From Spirochaetaceae bacterium (GTDB lineage Bacteria > Spirochaetota > Spirochaetia > Treponematales > Treponemataceae): a DNA stretch of 64,000 bases. Made by a program: the position numbers and the translations under genes. The stretch spans positions 39,340 to 103,339 of the forward strand of contig JAGARR010000053.1 in the NCBI GenBank assembly GCA_017622135.1. The letters run 5' to 3'. Within the stretch, counting starts at the first letter, position 1, and every line of letters begins with the position of its first letter. Shown piece after piece: positions 1-9,947 of this stretch. Under the pieces are notes generated by a model, which saw only the letters and a list, made by a program, of their open reading frames with translations, was not told where the DNA came from and ran no database searches.

Positions 1-296
1 TCCTCGGGCTTTTCCCGACTCAGCAGCCGGATGGCAATCTTTGACCTGCCGTTGAAGATGCCCGTCCCCAGGAACAGCCCCGACTTGGAGTACACCTCCA
101 CGGGCATACCGTCACCCACCGGAAAAGTTCCCCGGCCACCAGTCCCATCCCTTCCTGCCACCGGGAATTCCTGCTGCTGAATCCGCCCCTCCTTCAGGTA
201 CTTGACGAAGAGAATCTCATTGTCATATATCCAAGGAGAACCCAGGAGAACCTCATGCTCCTCCCGTGCCTTAAGAAAAAATCGTGGAAAAAACAT
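1..296 (-). CDS. PUA-domain class I SAM-dependent rRNA methyltransferase (RlmI-like), N-terminal part only; the 3' end lies beyond the window
   Basis: Hand translation of the minus strand from the ATG at 296-294 gives MFFPRFFLKAREEHEVLLGSPWIYDNEILFVKYLKEG... The G-x-PWIY-x-NEI pattern is typical of the PUA N-terminus of RlmI-type enzymes. It is absent from the ORF track because it runs off the edge. Confidence 0.5.
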   Translation of the reverse strand, partial: MFFPRFFLKAREEHEVLLGSPWIYDNEILFVKYLKEGRIQQQEFPVAGRDGTGGRGTFPVGDGMPVEVYSKSGLFLGTGIFNGRSKIAIRLLSREKPE

Positions 297-482
297 CTTG
301 CACCTCACCCTTGCATCTGCAGGTGTGCACCGACAGATGCCGCTCTGAAAAAAATCGAGCCATCCAAAGGACGGCCCGAAATAAAACCTACCAAAACAGT
401 TGGAACCATGACAGGAGGTTAACCATCTGCCCGAGAACGTTGAACCATTGTCGGGCAGGTTCTCGAATGAGCCTGCCCCAGA

Positions 483-2144
483 CTAGCAGCGCTCCAGCCT
501 GATGGTCTTTGTGGTGAGGTCGCACACCTCGGAAGGACCGTAGTACTGGATGGCTCCGGGGAAGAGGTAGCTGGTTTCGATGGCCCACTGGTCACGATGG
601 GCAGCGAACTCCAGGAAGGGCTTGCCGTCCAGCTCCACCAGAGCCTTGCGGATAACGGGCTTCTTGGAGCCGTGCCGCTGCTCCATGTTCATCATCATGG
701 TCAGGGGGATTCCGCCGGCCGTCCACTGGGCTGCAGGGGCAGTCAGATTGCGGACGGAGGAAAGGTAGCCGGTCACGCCACTGGCAATCAGCAGGAATGC
801 GGTGTATCCCAGGGCATAGCAGTAGTCGGCATCAAAGTTGGAGGGGAAGGCACAGCGTCCCTCGTAGCCGAAGAAGTGGGTGTAGGAGCTGAAGGTACCC
901 TTGTAGCTGCCCTCCTTCTTCATCACCGCCAGCCGCTCCTCCACCATGGAGGCCAAAAGCTTCTCCGTCTCGATGCGGGACACCTGCACATTTCCATGGG
1001 GATCCCGGTCCGCTAGGAACTGGGCGGCAATGGCCTCCGGCAGGGAGGCGAAGGTCTCGTAGGAGGCGGCAGTCAGGTGGGACTTGAGCCAGTCCTTGCG
1101 GGCGGCAAAATTCGCCAGGCTGTTGAACTCCTCCTGGTGTCCCGCCATGGTGTCGTTCAGCTCGGCGATGAGGGCCTTCATCTCAGGAATGAACTCCACC
1201 AGCCCCTCTGGAATCAGCACCACGCCGAAGTTCTCCTTGTTCTCCGCCCGCCGTGCGATGACAGTGCAGATGTCATCGGTAATGGCCCGCAGGGTCATTT
1301 TCTTAGCCTCCACCTCCTCGGAAATCAGGCAGATGTTGGGCTGTGTCTGGAGGGCGCACTCAAGGGCGATGTGGCTGGCGGAACGGCCCATCAGCTTGAT
1401 GAAGTGCCAGTACTTCTTGGCGCTGTTGGCATCACGGCCAATGTTTCCGATGAGCTCGGAATAGGTCTTGCAGGCGGTGTCAAAGCCAAAGCTCGTCTCG
1501 ATCTGCTGGTTCTTCAGGTCTCCGTCGATAGTCTTGGGCACGCCGATGACCCGGGTCTTCTTACCCAACTCCAGAAAACGCTCCGCCAGAAGGGCGGCGT
1601 TGGTGTTGGAGTCGTCGCCGCCGATGATGACGATGGCATCCAGGTCCAGCTTCTCGGCGGTGGCCACGCTGGCGGCATACTGCTCAGGCGACTCAATCTT
1701 GGTGCGGCCGGAGCCAATCATGTCGAATCCGCCGGTGTTGCGGTACTCATCCATGAAGGAGTCAGTAATCTCCACATAGTCTCCCTCGATGAGGCCGGAG
1801 GGCCCGCCCTTGAAACCAAGCACCACGGAATCCCTGTTCCCCTTCTTGATGCCGTCGTAGAGGCCGGCGATGACGTTGTGGCCACCGGGAGCCTGTCCGC
1901 CGGAAAGGATGATTCCCACCCGCAGCTTCTTTCCTGCATCGGGATTGCTTCCCTTCTGGAACAGTGCCTCAGGCTTTCCATAGGTATTCTTGAACAGCTT
2001 CTCCAGCTCCGCCTGGTCGGCAATGGCGCTGGTGGGCTCTCCAAAATCGATTACAATATCTTGGGGCTGATTGTCCGCCAGGACGGCAGGCAACTTTGGC
2101 TGGTACCCGTAGCGGGCCTTCTGCAGTGCAGATACAGTCTTCAT
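483..2144 (-). CDS. pfp: Pyrophosphate-dependent phosphofructokinase (diphosphate--fructose-6-phosphate 1-phosphotransferase)
   Basis: 553-aa ORF with PFK family motifs (GGDDSNT, MGRSASH, PKTIDGD). The length and sequence style match the long PPi-PFKs of spirochaetes. Confidence 0.93.
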   Translation of the reverse strand: MKTVSALQKARYGYQPKLPAVLADNQPQDIVIDFGEPTSAIADQAELEKLFKNTYGKPEALFQKGSNPDAGKKLRVGIILSGGQAPGGHNVIAGLYDGIKKGNRDSVVLGFKGGPSGLIEGDYVEITDSFMDEYRNTGGFDMIGSGRTKIESPEQYAASVATAEKLDLDAIVIIGGDDSNTNAALLAERFLELGKKTRVIGVPKTIDGDLKNQQIETSFGFDTACKTYSELIGNIGRDANSAKKYWHFIKLMGRSASHIALECALQTQPNICLISEEVEAKKMTLRAITDDICTVIARRAENKENFGVVLIPEGLVEFIPEMKALIAELNDTMAGHQEEFNSLANFAARKDWLKSHLTAASYETFASLPEAIAAQFLADRDPHGNVQVSRIETEKLLASMVEERLAVMKKEGSYKGTFSSYTHFFGYEGRCAFPSNFDADYCYALGYTAFLLIASGVTGYLSSVRNLTAPAAQWTAGGIPLTMMMNMEQRHGSKKPVIRKALVELDGKPFLEFAAHRDQWAIETSYLFPGAIQYYGPSEVCDLTTKTIRLERC

Positions 2145-2317
2145 GGCTTCTCCTCAAATGATGCGGCTCCCACAAACTCCCGAAATGGCAGCTCCCTTTT
2201 CACCGCATGTAATTAGATATATTTTACACTATTTCAGTAGTCTTTATCAAGGCAACAAAAAAACATGCAATGACTCTTGACTATTTCACCATTGTCTGAT
2301 ACATTATTCTTCGTTAC

Positions 2318-2390
2318 GGCGACATAGCTCAGTAGGTAGAGCAAACGGCTCATATCCGTTCGGTCATAGGTTCGATCCCTATTGTCGCTA
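2318..2390 (+). tRNA. tRNA-Met (anticodon CAT); elongator, initiator or tRNA-Ile2 identity not resolvable by eye
   Basis: 73-nt cloverleaf folded by hand. Acceptor GGCGACA/TGTCGCT, D arm GCTC-AGTAGGTA-GAGC, anticodon arm AACGG-CTCATAT-CCGTT, T arm ATAGG-TTCGATC-CCTAT, discriminator A. No encoded CCA. Confidence 0.9.
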
Positions 2391-2397
2391 CTACGAG

Positions 2398-2431
2398 AAG
2401 GTAATTTGTCGAGTGCAAATTACCTTTTTTT
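2398..2431 (+). terminator. Rho-independent terminator after tRNA-Met
   Basis: Perfect 11-bp stem AAGGTAATTTG/CAAATTACCTT with a 7-nt loop, running into a T7 tract. Confidence 0.7.
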
Positions 2432-2507
2432 GTTTCTGGAATGCTGCCAGCAGACCGGAACGAGGGAACGCATTTTGCGGCCCCAGTACACTATCCCGGA
2501 GGAAAGC

Positions 2508-3458
2508 ATGCTGCCGGAAATTTTCAAGGCTCCCTTCAAGGGACGCTCCCTGCTCAACTGGATTGACTACACACCCCAAGAAATCCTTCAAATCCTTGAT
2601 TTGGCCGCACAGGTCAAGGCCGAGTCAAGGCGAGGAGAGGTTCACCAGCGGTTCCGAGGCAAGACCATAGCCCTCATCTTTGAGAAGCGGTCCACCAGAA
2701 CCCGCTGCTCCTTCGAGACTGCCTTTGGCGAGGAGGGAGGCCATCCCGTCTTCCTCTCCTCCCAGGATATTCAGCTAGGCGCCAAGGAGTCGATTGAGGA
2801 CACTGCCCGGGTTCTGGGCCGTATGTTCTCTGCCATTGAATTCCGTGGCTTCTCCCAGCGGCACGTGGAGCTGCTGGCCCAGCATTCCGGTGTGCCAGTC
2901 ATCAACGGACTCACCGACGAGTATCACCCCACTCAGGTGCTGGCAGACGTGCTGACCCTCAAGGAGCGTTTTGGTAAGCTGGCGGGACTGACGGTGGCAT
3001 TCTGTGGAGACGGCCGGAACAACGTGGCCCGCTCCTTGATGCTCATCTTTTCAAAGCTGGGAATCAACTTCACCATCCTCAGCCCGGAGGAATTGTTCCC
3101 CGATCCAGAGATTCAGGCCATCTGCGAGCCCTTTGCAGAAAAATCCGGAGCCAAAATTACCATTTCCAAGGATATTTCTCTTGTAAAAGACGCAGATTGC
3201 GTTTATACTGATGTATGGACTTCTATGGGAGAAGAGGCTCTCAAGGAAAGTCGCACGGCCTTATTGACACCCTACCAGGTCAACCAGTCCCTCATGCAGG
3301 CAACCGGCAAGGAGAATTCCGTTTTTCTCCATTGTCTTCCTGCAGTCAAGGGAGAGGAGGTTACTGAGGAGGTGTTTGAAGGGTCCAACAGCTTCGTATG
3401 GGAGCAGGCGGAAAACCGCAAGCATACGATCAAGGCGATTATGTTGTCCTTGATCTAG
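2508..3458 (+). CDS. argF: Ornithine carbamoyltransferase
   Basis: STRTR, HPTQ, SMG and HCLP motifs. I place the start at ATG 2508 (MLPEIFKAPFKG...), which follows GGAGGA. The track ORF start at 2382 overlaps the tRNA and is rejected. Confidence 0.9.
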   Translation: MLPEIFKAPFKGRSLLNWIDYTPQEILQILDLAAQVKAESRRGEVHQRFRGKTIALIFEKRSTRTRCSFETAFGEEGGHPVFLSSQDIQLGAKESIEDTARVLGRMFSAIEFRGFSQRHVELLAQHSGVPVINGLTDEYHPTQVLADVLTLKERFGKLAGLTVAFCGDGRNNVARSLMLIFSKLGINFTILSPEELFPDPEIQAICEPFAEKSGAKITISKDISLVKDADCVYTDVWTSMGEEALKESRTALLTPYQVNQSLMQATGKENSVFLHCLPAVKGEEVTEEVFEGSNSFVWEQAENRKHTIKAIMLSLI

Positions 3459-3515
3459 GTTCCTGTGCTGGTTAAAGATGTATCCTAACAATTAGGAAAT
3501 AAAAGGAGTTGCAGT

Positions 3516-3941
3516 ATGAAGAAAAGCTTGCTTGCATTGTTGCTGGTAGTTGGTCTTTCTGTCGGTGGTGCCTTTGCTCAAGAACAGGCTGGGCAGCCAA
3601 ACAAGTACGACGGAAACATCACCTATCGCAACGTTGTTGTCTACAAGGTTTTTGATCACAAGGATGTGGTTATTGTCATGTATGCAAAGCATGGCAAGGA
3701 CATGGGTCAGGTCATGATTCCCAAATCATGGATGTACGAAAATCCCCGGAAGCTCACCTACCGAGAGCTGCCTAAGGGCTTGAACCCCTATATGTCCGTT
3801 GTAGAGAAGGATGGAGAATTCCACAAGGTTGTCCTGAACCTCCCCCCTGTCAGAAGCCCCGACAGCACCTGGACAGTGGCCAAGCCCTACACCGATATTG
3901 GTGACGCAGCCAGTGCCGAAACCTTGGAGTTGGACTACTAA
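3516..3941 (+). CDS. Small secreted protein of unknown function
   Basis: 141-aa ORF with an N-terminal signal peptide (MKKSLLALLLVVGLSVGGAFAQE) and AAGGAG upstream. Confidence 0.6.
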   Translation: MKKSLLALLLVVGLSVGGAFAQEQAGQPNKYDGNITYRNVVVYKVFDHKDVVIVMYAKHGKDMGQVMIPKSWMYENPRKLTYRELPKGLNPYMSVVEKDGEFHKVVLNLPPVRSPDSTWTVAKPYTDIGDAASAETLELDY

Positions 3942-3945
3942 TTAC

Positions 3946-5202
3946 ATGACTTGTCTTGAAAAGATACAAGTTGTCTCACAACAGGAGTCAGCCGTCTCAG
4001 CTTTGGACGGCTGGCTTTTTACTGATTTTGCAGGCAGAGACAACCTTACCAAAGACCTGCTTCAATTACCTGTTGATGGAATGACCACCCGACGGTGGAT
4101 TTATATTGTGCCGCCAGTGGGTGAGCCACAAAAGATTCTCCATGCCATCGAGCCACATGTCCTAGACAGTCTCCCCGGAGAGAACAAGGTGTTTTACTCT
4201 TCCCAGCAGGAGCTGAAGACAATTCTTTCCCAGTACAAGGACAAGACCCTTGCCCTGCTATGGGACTGCAACCTGCCGGTGATTTCCACCGTGGACGGCG
4301 GCTTTGTCACCCTGCTCCAACAACAGGGAGTACAGCTCACCAGCGCCGCCAACCTACTGCAGCGATACCGTGGCATACTTTCGCAAGCCAGCATCAACAG
4401 CCAGGAGCGGTCTGCAGCCCTCCTCTATAAAATCATCCGAGACACCTGGAATTTCATCTGCCAGCACTACCGCTCCCAGGAGCCGCTTACTGAGCGGGCA
4501 GTCCAAATATTCATACTAGAACAGTTCGTACATTACAAGCTGACAACAAACCATAGTCCTGTGGTAGCCTTTGGAGCAAACAGCGGAAATCCCCACTATG
4601 AGGTACCAGAAGATGGCGGCAGGATAGCCCAAGAAGGTGATATCATCCAGCTGGACATTTGGGCAAAGGAACGACTGGCCACCGACGAGGATGGCTCTGT
4701 TTCCGCATCCATTCCAGCCTATGCCGATATTTCTTGGGTGGGAATATATGGAAAAACCGTTCCTCAAGAGGCGGAAAAACGGTTTGCCGTCCTTTGCCAG
4801 GCACGAGACTCTGTGGCGACCACCATTGCCAGTGCAGCTGCCCAAGGCAAACGGATTACGGGAGCAGAGCTAGACCTGCAGGTTCGCTCCATCATCCAGG
4901 AAGCCGGATATAGTAGCTACATCAAGCACCGCACCGGCCACGGCATCGACACCGAGGTTCATGGCAGCGGCGTCAACCTTGACGGCAGCGAATTCCCCGA
5001 CTACCGCCTCATCATGCCCGGCAGCAGCTTCTCAGTGGAGCCAGGCATCTACGGACAGGACTTTGGCATGAGGACAGAAATCGACATCTACATCGACCAG
5101 CAGGGAATGCCGGTTATCTCTGGCCAGAAATTCCAGGCAGCCAATAATCTCGAATTCAGCATCCCCCAGCAAAAGATACTAACGACAGAGGAACAGCCAT
5201 GA
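3946..5202 (+). CDS. M24 family metallopeptidase (Xaa-Pro aminopeptidase/dipeptidase-like)
   Basis: C-terminal pita-bread motifs HRTGHGID, SVEPGIY and RTEIDI. Start taken at ATG 3946 (MTCLEKIQ...), just after the stop of the previous gene. Confidence 0.8.
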   Translation: MTCLEKIQVVSQQESAVSALDGWLFTDFAGRDNLTKDLLQLPVDGMTTRRWIYIVPPVGEPQKILHAIEPHVLDSLPGENKVFYSSQQELKTILSQYKDKTLALLWDCNLPVISTVDGGFVTLLQQQGVQLTSAANLLQRYRGILSQASINSQERSAALLYKIIRDTWNFICQHYRSQEPLTERAVQIFILEQFVHYKLTTNHSPVVAFGANSGNPHYEVPEDGGRIAQEGDIIQLDIWAKERLATDEDGSVSASIPAYADISWVGIYGKTVPQEAEKRFAVLCQARDSVATTIASAAAQGKRITGAELDLQVRSIIQEAGYSSYIKHRTGHGIDTEVHGSGVNLDGSEFPDYRLIMPGSSFSVEPGIYGQDFGMRTEIDIYIDQQGMPVISGQKFQAANNLEFSIPQQKILTTEEQP

Positions 5203-6191
5203 GGATAATTACTGATCAACAAGCCCAGCAATTCAAGGATTTCGTCAGTTCTTACGACCACTTTATCGTGGTGGGCCACAAGGAGCCAGATGGCGACTGC
5301 ATCGCCTCCTCCCTGGGGGTGGCAGCCATCCTGAAGCAGTTGGGCAAGCCCTACCAGCTGCTTTCCGCCGGTCCCTTCAAACGGACGGAAATCAAGCCCT
5401 ACGAAAAATTCTTTGCAAAGCAGGCCACTCTCCTCCAAACAGGAAAGACAGCCTGCATCATTGTGGACTGTGGCGAGTTCAAGCGCATCGGAGAGGTCTT
5501 CCCTCCAGAGGCCTTGATAACGGACGCATCGCAAATTCCCACCTTCTTTGTGGATCACCACAAAACATCCACCCCTGAGTCCGAGACTTCCATCATCGAG
5601 CCCGATTCCCCAGCCACTTCCTATCTGGTCCAGCAGCTTTATGAAAAGCTCATCGGCCCGTTGGATCTGGAGACGGCGGCAATCCTGTTTTTCGGCCTTT
5701 CCACAGACACAGGATACTTCCGCTTCCTGGAAAAAAATTCTAGCGACATTTTCATGGCCGCTGCCAGACTGGTGGAGGCTGGAGTCAGCCCTCGTGCCAC
5801 CTACGACAGCATGACCAGCGGAAAGCCCTTCTCCACCAGAAAGCTGCTGGGCATCATGCTGGACCGCGCCACCCAATATTTCGACGGCAAGCTCATCGTC
5901 ACCTATGAGACCATGGAGGACACCCGCCGCTGGGGAACAGAAGGACGGGACTCCGACAGTCTCTACCAGCTGCTACTCTCCTGCACATCGGTGGAGGCAG
6001 TGGTTTTCATCCGCCAGGAGACGGAGCAGTCCTGCACCATGGGATTGCGATCCAGAGATGAAGTGGACGTCAGTGCAGTTGCTACCGTCTTCGGCGGTGG
6101 TGGTCATAAGAATGCCTCTGGGGGCAGCACTGCCGGCACCATCGAAGAGCTGCTTCCCAAGATTCTGAAGGAATTTGAAGGAAAGCTCTAA
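5199..6191 (+). CDS. nrnA: DHH/DHHA1 phosphoesterase (NrnA-type oligoribonuclease / pAp phosphatase)
   Basis: Motifs HKEPDGDCIAS, VDHH and GGGGHKNASGG. 4-nt overlap with the upstream gene. Confidence 0.85.
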   Translation: MRIITDQQAQQFKDFVSSYDHFIVVGHKEPDGDCIASSLGVAAILKQLGKPYQLLSAGPFKRTEIKPYEKFFAKQATLLQTGKTACIIVDCGEFKRIGEVFPPEALITDASQIPTFFVDHHKTSTPESETSIIEPDSPATSYLVQQLYEKLIGPLDLETAAILFFGLSTDTGYFRFLEKNSSDIFMAAARLVEAGVSPRATYDSMTSGKPFSTRKLLGIMLDRATQYFDGKLIVTYETMEDTRRWGTEGRDSDSLYQLLLSCTSVEAVVFIRQETEQSCTMGLRSRDEVDVSAVATVFGGGGHKNASGGSTAGTIEELLPKILKEFEGKL

Positions 6192-6211
6192 AAAGCATTG
6201 CTTAAACCGTA

Positions 6212-6244
6212 AGGATGGTTCTCGTCGGAACCATCCTTTTTTTT
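6212..6244 (+). terminator. Rho-independent terminator after nrnA
   Basis: Stem AGGATGGTTC/GAACCATCCT with a 6-nt loop, followed by T8. Confidence 0.75.
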
Positions 6245-6274
6245 AAATTTGTAAATTTTTAAAATTGAAAATTC

Positions 6275-6316
6275 CTTAAATAAATTTATCTTTCTGATAA
6301 AATAAATTTATTTAAG
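6275..6316. promoter_or_regulatory. Perfect 15-bp inverted repeat (CTTAAATAAATTTAT, 12-nt spacer, ATAAATTTATTTAAG); candidate enhancer/operator site
   Basis: Read directly: 6275-6289 is the exact reverse complement of 6302-6316. It sits in an AT-rich spacer 64-105 bp upstream of the sigma-54-type promoter at 6380. Confidence 0.4.
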
Positions 6317-6379
6317 AAAAATAATGATACAATAAATCAATTATCTCCATTAAAACAAGCGATAAAAGAGGAAAATACT

Positions 6380-6395
6380 TGGCATGATTCTTGCT
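6380..6395 (+). promoter_or_regulatory. Sigma-54 (RpoN) -24/-12 promoter candidate
   Basis: TGGCATGATTCTTGCT matches TGGCACG-N4-TTGCW with exact GG-to-GC spacing and one mismatch. It lies 35 nt upstream of ATG 6430, with TAGGAG as SD in between. Confidence 0.6.
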
Positions 6396-6429
6396 ATTAC
6401 ACTGTATCACATTTCTAGGAGCGTAGATT

Positions 6430-7314
6430 ATGATACCTACCGTCAACAAAATTTACCTACAATACCGTGCGAAGAAGCTCACACGGAATGAGACCGAATC
6501 CCTGCTTCTGGCAGAAATCTTCAAGTCACCAAAGTACTATGGACTGGTGAATCCCAGCGAGGATGACATAAGCAACTTCCTGCTGTGGATCCATCAATAC
6601 ATCCCTATCATTCTGGAAAAATACAATCCTACAGAAAGCACCTTTCTCACCTACTTTACCACCGCCATCAGGCTACGTTACCGCAGCTGGAAACGCCAGA
6701 TAGTAAAGGAAAAGGTTTTGCAGGAAATTCTGGACAACTATCATTACCAGGAATCATTAAAAAACGAGGAGTATTACATAGAGGTAGCCGAGCTAGAACC
6801 AACATATCTCCCCAGTTGCAGTCAGGAACTGCAACCAAGGTATCCCCTGTCAACAATACAAGCCACAACAGTCTTGGTACTGGCATTACGGTCCATTCAT
6901 TCCCTTTCAGATTCCATCATCAACAAAATCAGCCAGTTGACAGGTATTTCTCGGGAGGAATTTCAAAGGTGTATCGAAAGTGTTGAGTCATACATCGAGA
7001 AGAAAAAACAATTGCAACAGCAGCTGGAAAGGAAAATTAACCGCACCTATATTTTTTGCCAGCAGCATAAGCAGGAACTGGAAGCCCTGGAACCATCAAT
7101 GTCCCAATATCACATCGTTGCCCGTCAATACGAGTACAAGAAGAAATTATTGGAAAAACTACGCAACGATAAGAAAAATGCAGGTTTCTATCCTCCCAAC
7201 AAGCTGATAGAGGAAGCCCTGAATCTTCCCAAAGGAAGCGTCCGACGGATTTTACGCAATGCAGACAAACGTATTGCCCAAATCAAGGCACTTCTTGACC
7301 TGGAAAATGAGTAA
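6430..7314 (+). CDS. Hypothetical protein with weak sigma-70/ECF-like region 2 and region 4 features
   Basis: 294-aa ORF. DDISNFLLWIHQYIPIILEKYNPTESTFLTYFTTAIRLRYRSWKR resembles ECF region 2. LALRSIHSLSDSIINKISQLTGISREEF and LNLPKGSVRRILRNADKRI resemble region 4 HTHs. The function is tentative. Confidence 0.5.
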   Translation: MIPTVNKIYLQYRAKKLTRNETESLLLAEIFKSPKYYGLVNPSEDDISNFLLWIHQYIPIILEKYNPTESTFLTYFTTAIRLRYRSWKRQIVKEKVLQEILDNYHYQESLKNEEYYIEVAELEPTYLPSCSQELQPRYPLSTIQATTVLVLALRSIHSLSDSIINKISQLTGISREEFQRCIESVESYIEKKKQLQQQLERKINRTYIFCQQHKQELEALEPSMSQYHIVARQYEYKKKLLEKLRNDKKNAGFYPPNKLIEEALNLPKGSVRRILRNADKRIAQIKALLDLENE

Positions 7315-7330
7315 GTGATAGGATGTTCCC

Positions 7331-7990
7331 ATGAAAATATATTTTGCCTCAGGCAATCTCCACAAGAAACAGGAGATGTCTGCCCTCTTTCCCGAATTTG
7401 ACCTTGTCATTCCTTCAGAGGAAGGTATTTCCTTCAATCCAGAGGAGACAGGAAAAACCTTTCTAGAAAATAGCATCATCAAGGCCCAGGAATTGTGGAA
7501 CCTGGTGCACCAGCCAGTCATTGCTGACGATTCTGGAATCTGCGTGGATATACTGAATGGTGTACCAGGAATCTATTCTGCCCGTTACGCAGGCAAGGAT
7601 TTCCACCAAGGTCGGAATGACGGAACAAAGCCAACCCAAGAGGAGCAGAACCGCCTGCTTCTGGAGGAAACCGACCTGGCCTTGACCGATTACAGCGCAA
7701 AAGCAATGCCTCTGCCAGAAAACCCTCGCAGTTGTCGCTATGTTTGTGCCATGGTGCTCTATCTGGGACCAGACCGATTCTATTCCGCCCAAGAAACCAT
7801 GGAGGGAAGCCTCATCCCAAGCCTTGACCTCTCCCGTGGAACCGGTGGATTTGGCTACGACCCCATCGTCATACTGGCAGGAACAGATAGAACCATTGCC
7901 CAGCTGTCGGCCCAGGAAAAGAACAGCCTGTCTCACCGAGGCAAGGCAGCTGCAGGAATCCGTCAAATTCTTCTCCAACTAAATAAATAA
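7331..7990 (+). CDS. rdgB: RdgB/HAM1 non-canonical purine NTP pyrophosphatase
   Basis: Motifs ASGNLHKKQE, DDSGICVD, GVPGIYSARY, GFGYDP and SHRGKA. Confidence 0.9.
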   Translation: MKIYFASGNLHKKQEMSALFPEFDLVIPSEEGISFNPEETGKTFLENSIIKAQELWNLVHQPVIADDSGICVDILNGVPGIYSARYAGKDFHQGRNDGTKPTQEEQNRLLLEETDLALTDYSAKAMPLPENPRSCRYVCAMVLYLGPDRFYSAQETMEGSLIPSLDLSRGTGGFGYDPIVILAGTDRTIAQLSAQEKNSLSHRGKAAAGIRQILLQLNK

Positions 7991-7993
7991 GTC

Positions 7994-8803
7994 TCAGGCA
8001 TCTCCCTGCTTTCTAAACAGAAAGATTCTGGGAGATGCCTTGCCCAAATACTCCAGTCCACTGGCGGCTCCACAGGCAGTCATGGCCTTCTCCGTATAGA
8101 ATGAAACGTGGGTCAAATCGTCCTTGTACCACCAGCCCTTGAACCCCTCCGGTATGTTCATGGAATCTGGAATGGGCAAAGTACCAACTGCCACATAGCC
8201 ACCCTCAGCACAGCAGGCGGCCAAATTATGAAAGCCTGCCAGAGGCTCCTCAAAATGCTCTGCCACCTCAAGGCAAAGAACAAGGGAAGCTGTCCCCGGC
8301 ACCATCCTTTCTCCTGGGGCAAAAAATGGATCCCACCCCAAAATACAATCTGGTTCCGGCAGTGGAGGAAGCTGCACGGCCAACAGGTCCACCAACTGCT
8401 CCAAGGAAGCAACCTGTTGAAAATCCACACTACCTGAACCTTCAATATTCCCTCCTTCTCCCCCACTCCGCTGCCTGGCAGACACCTTCTGCATCAGCTG
8501 AATCAAGGCGGGATTCGGCCCACAGCCGTAATCCAGCACAATCTGTGGAGAATAGTTTGGCAGGAAAGAAAAGCAATCTCGCAGGAAGGTGGCAAGGAAA
8601 ACGGCATACCCCAAATCCTCCAAAAAATTGTGATGATGGACATATCTCTCTTTCTGTTGCTCATGCGAAAGAAAACATTTATCTAACAAAGAAATAGCAC
8701 CACAATTCTCACACTGGAAATATTCTAAAGTTTTTTTTCTCGTCACAATGGGAAATGAAAGCAGATTATTTTCACCACAAAATTTACATCTGGAAAAAGG
8801 CAT
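7994..8803 (-). CDS. Class I SAM-dependent methyltransferase with N-terminal zinc ribbon
   Basis: CxxC...CxxC at the N-terminus (CKFCGEN...CENCGA). VLDYGCGPN is a motif I-like glycine loop. Confidence 0.7.
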   Translation of the reverse strand: MPFSRCKFCGENNLLSFPIVTRKKTLEYFQCENCGAISLLDKCFLSHEQQKERYVHHHNFLEDLGYAVFLATFLRDCFSFLPNYSPQIVLDYGCGPNPALIQLMQKVSARQRSGGEGGNIEGSGSVDFQQVASLEQLVDLLAVQLPPLPEPDCILGWDPFFAPGERMVPGTASLVLCLEVAEHFEEPLAGFHNLAACCAEGGYVAVGTLPIPDSMNIPEGFKGWWYKDDLTHVSFYTEKAMTACGAASGLEYLGKASPRIFLFRKQGDA

Positions 8804-8842
8804 ATAAAACTATAAATTATCCTCAAGAAAAATACAATTGCC

Positions 8843-8850
8843 ACCGATAA
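8843..8850 (+). promoter_or_regulatory. Sigma-28-like -10 element (ACCGATAA) upstream of flaB-1; weak call
   Basis: 7/8 match to the FliA -10 consensus GCCGATAA, 150 nt upstream of ATG 9000. No convincing TAAA -35 at the expected spacing. Confidence 0.3.
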
Positions 8851-8953
8851 AATTAGTGAAAAGTTGTGTGGGTGGACAGCTTCGTTGAAGAATCCTACCA
8901 TACATTTTCACCGTAAGTTATCACTAATGTAGCCTTGTAGTGTAAACTTGCAA

Positions 8954-8975
8954 CGGACAGCAGGGAAGTTGTCCG
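8954..8975 (+). promoter_or_regulatory. 5'-UTR hairpin presenting GGA in its loop (candidate CsrA site) upstream of flaB-1
   Basis: Stem CGGACA/TGTCCG with loop GCAGGGAAGT. A second GGA lies in the SD ATGGAGGA (8987-8994). Confidence 0.4.
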
Positions 8976-8999
8976 AACACAATTCCATGGAGGAAAAAT

Positions 9000-9860
9000 A
9001 TGGTTATCAACCACAACATGTCAGCTATGTATTCCAACCGCCAGCTTGGTGTAACAGGCGTAAGCGTACGGAAGGACATTGAGAAGCTCTCATCCGGAAT
9101 GAAGATCAACCGGGCAGGCGATGATGCATCAGGACTTGCTGTATCTGAGAAGATGCGCAGTCAGATCCGCGGCTTGAACCAGGCATCACGGAACGCATCC
9201 AATGGTATCAGCTTCATCCAGGCAACCGAAGGTTACCTGCAGGAGACCACCGATATCATGCAGCGCATCCGCGAGCTGGCTGTTCAGTCATCCAACGGAA
9301 TCTACACTGATGAAGATCGTATGCAGATTCAGGTTGAAATCTCTCAGCTGGTTGCAGAAGTAGACCGCATCGCCAGTTCCGCACAGTTCAACGGATTGAA
9401 CATGCTCACTGGTCGTTTTGCAAAGCAAACAGGCGAAAACTCTGTAACAGGTTCTATGTGGTTCCATATCGGCGCCAACATGGACCAGCGCATGGAAGTT
9501 TACATCGGTACTATGACCGCTGTAGCTCTGGGCGTTCGCGAACTGGGCGACGAGACAATCATTAGCTTGGCATCACCGGCTGAGGCCAATCGTGCAATCG
9601 GTACTATCGACGAAGCTCTGAAGAAGATCAACAAGCAGCGTGCTGACTTGGGTGGATACCAGAATCGTCTGGAGCATGCAGTCAAGGGCATTGACATTGC
9701 CGCTGAGAACCTGCAGGCCGCTGAGTCACGCATCCGTGACACAGACATGGCAGCTCAGATGGTTGAGTACACCAAGAACCAGGTCCTGACACAGGCTGGA
9801 ACTGCAATGCTGGCTCAGGCCAACACACAGTCCCAGAATGTTCTGACACTCCTCAGATAA
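9000..9860 (+). CDS. flaB: Flagellar filament core flagellin FlaB (copy 1)
   Basis: [16 protein letters not shown]...[24 protein letters not shown]... plus the C-terminal [15 protein letters not shown]. Conserved flagellin N and C domains in the spirochaete FlaB style. Confidence 0.95.
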   Translation: MVINHNMSAMYSNRQLGVTGVSVRKDIEKLSSGMKINRAGDDASGLAVSEKMRSQIRGLNQASRNASNGISFIQATEGYLQETTDIMQRIRELAVQSSNGIYTDEDRMQIQVEISQLVAEVDRIASSAQFNGLNMLTGRFAKQTGENSVTGSMWFHIGANMDQRMEVYIGTMTAVALGVRELGDETIISLASPAEANRAIGTIDEALKKINKQRADLGGYQNRLEHAVKGIDIAAENLQAAESRIRDTDMAAQMVEYTKNQVLTQAGTAMLAQANTQSQNVLTLLR

Positions 9861-9875
9861 GGGTCGTAGTATTAA

Positions 9876-9911
9876 CCGGAAATAGTGTGGATTTCTCTGC
9901 ACTATTTCCGG
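9876..9911 (+). terminator. Hairpin terminator after flaB-1
   Basis: 12-bp perfect stem CCGGAAATAGTG/CACTATTTCCGG followed by a T-rich stretch (GTGTTTGCGTTATTT). Confidence 0.6.
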
Positions 9912-9947
9912 GTGTTTGCGTTATTTAAAAAAATTACTTTTTTTATC

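Noticed and set aside
2382-2507. N-terminal extensions of track ORFs: argF from 2382, the M24 peptidase from 3898, flaB-2 from 10164, rex from 24573, yqeK to 35004, obg to 36645, the m5C methyltransferase to 45717, thiQ to 49109, thiB to 51617, and the lipoprotein to 23215.
   Set aside because: The extensions overlap a tRNA or the neighbouring gene and lack family-typical sequence. In each case an internal start with a good SD reproduces the canonical N-terminus.
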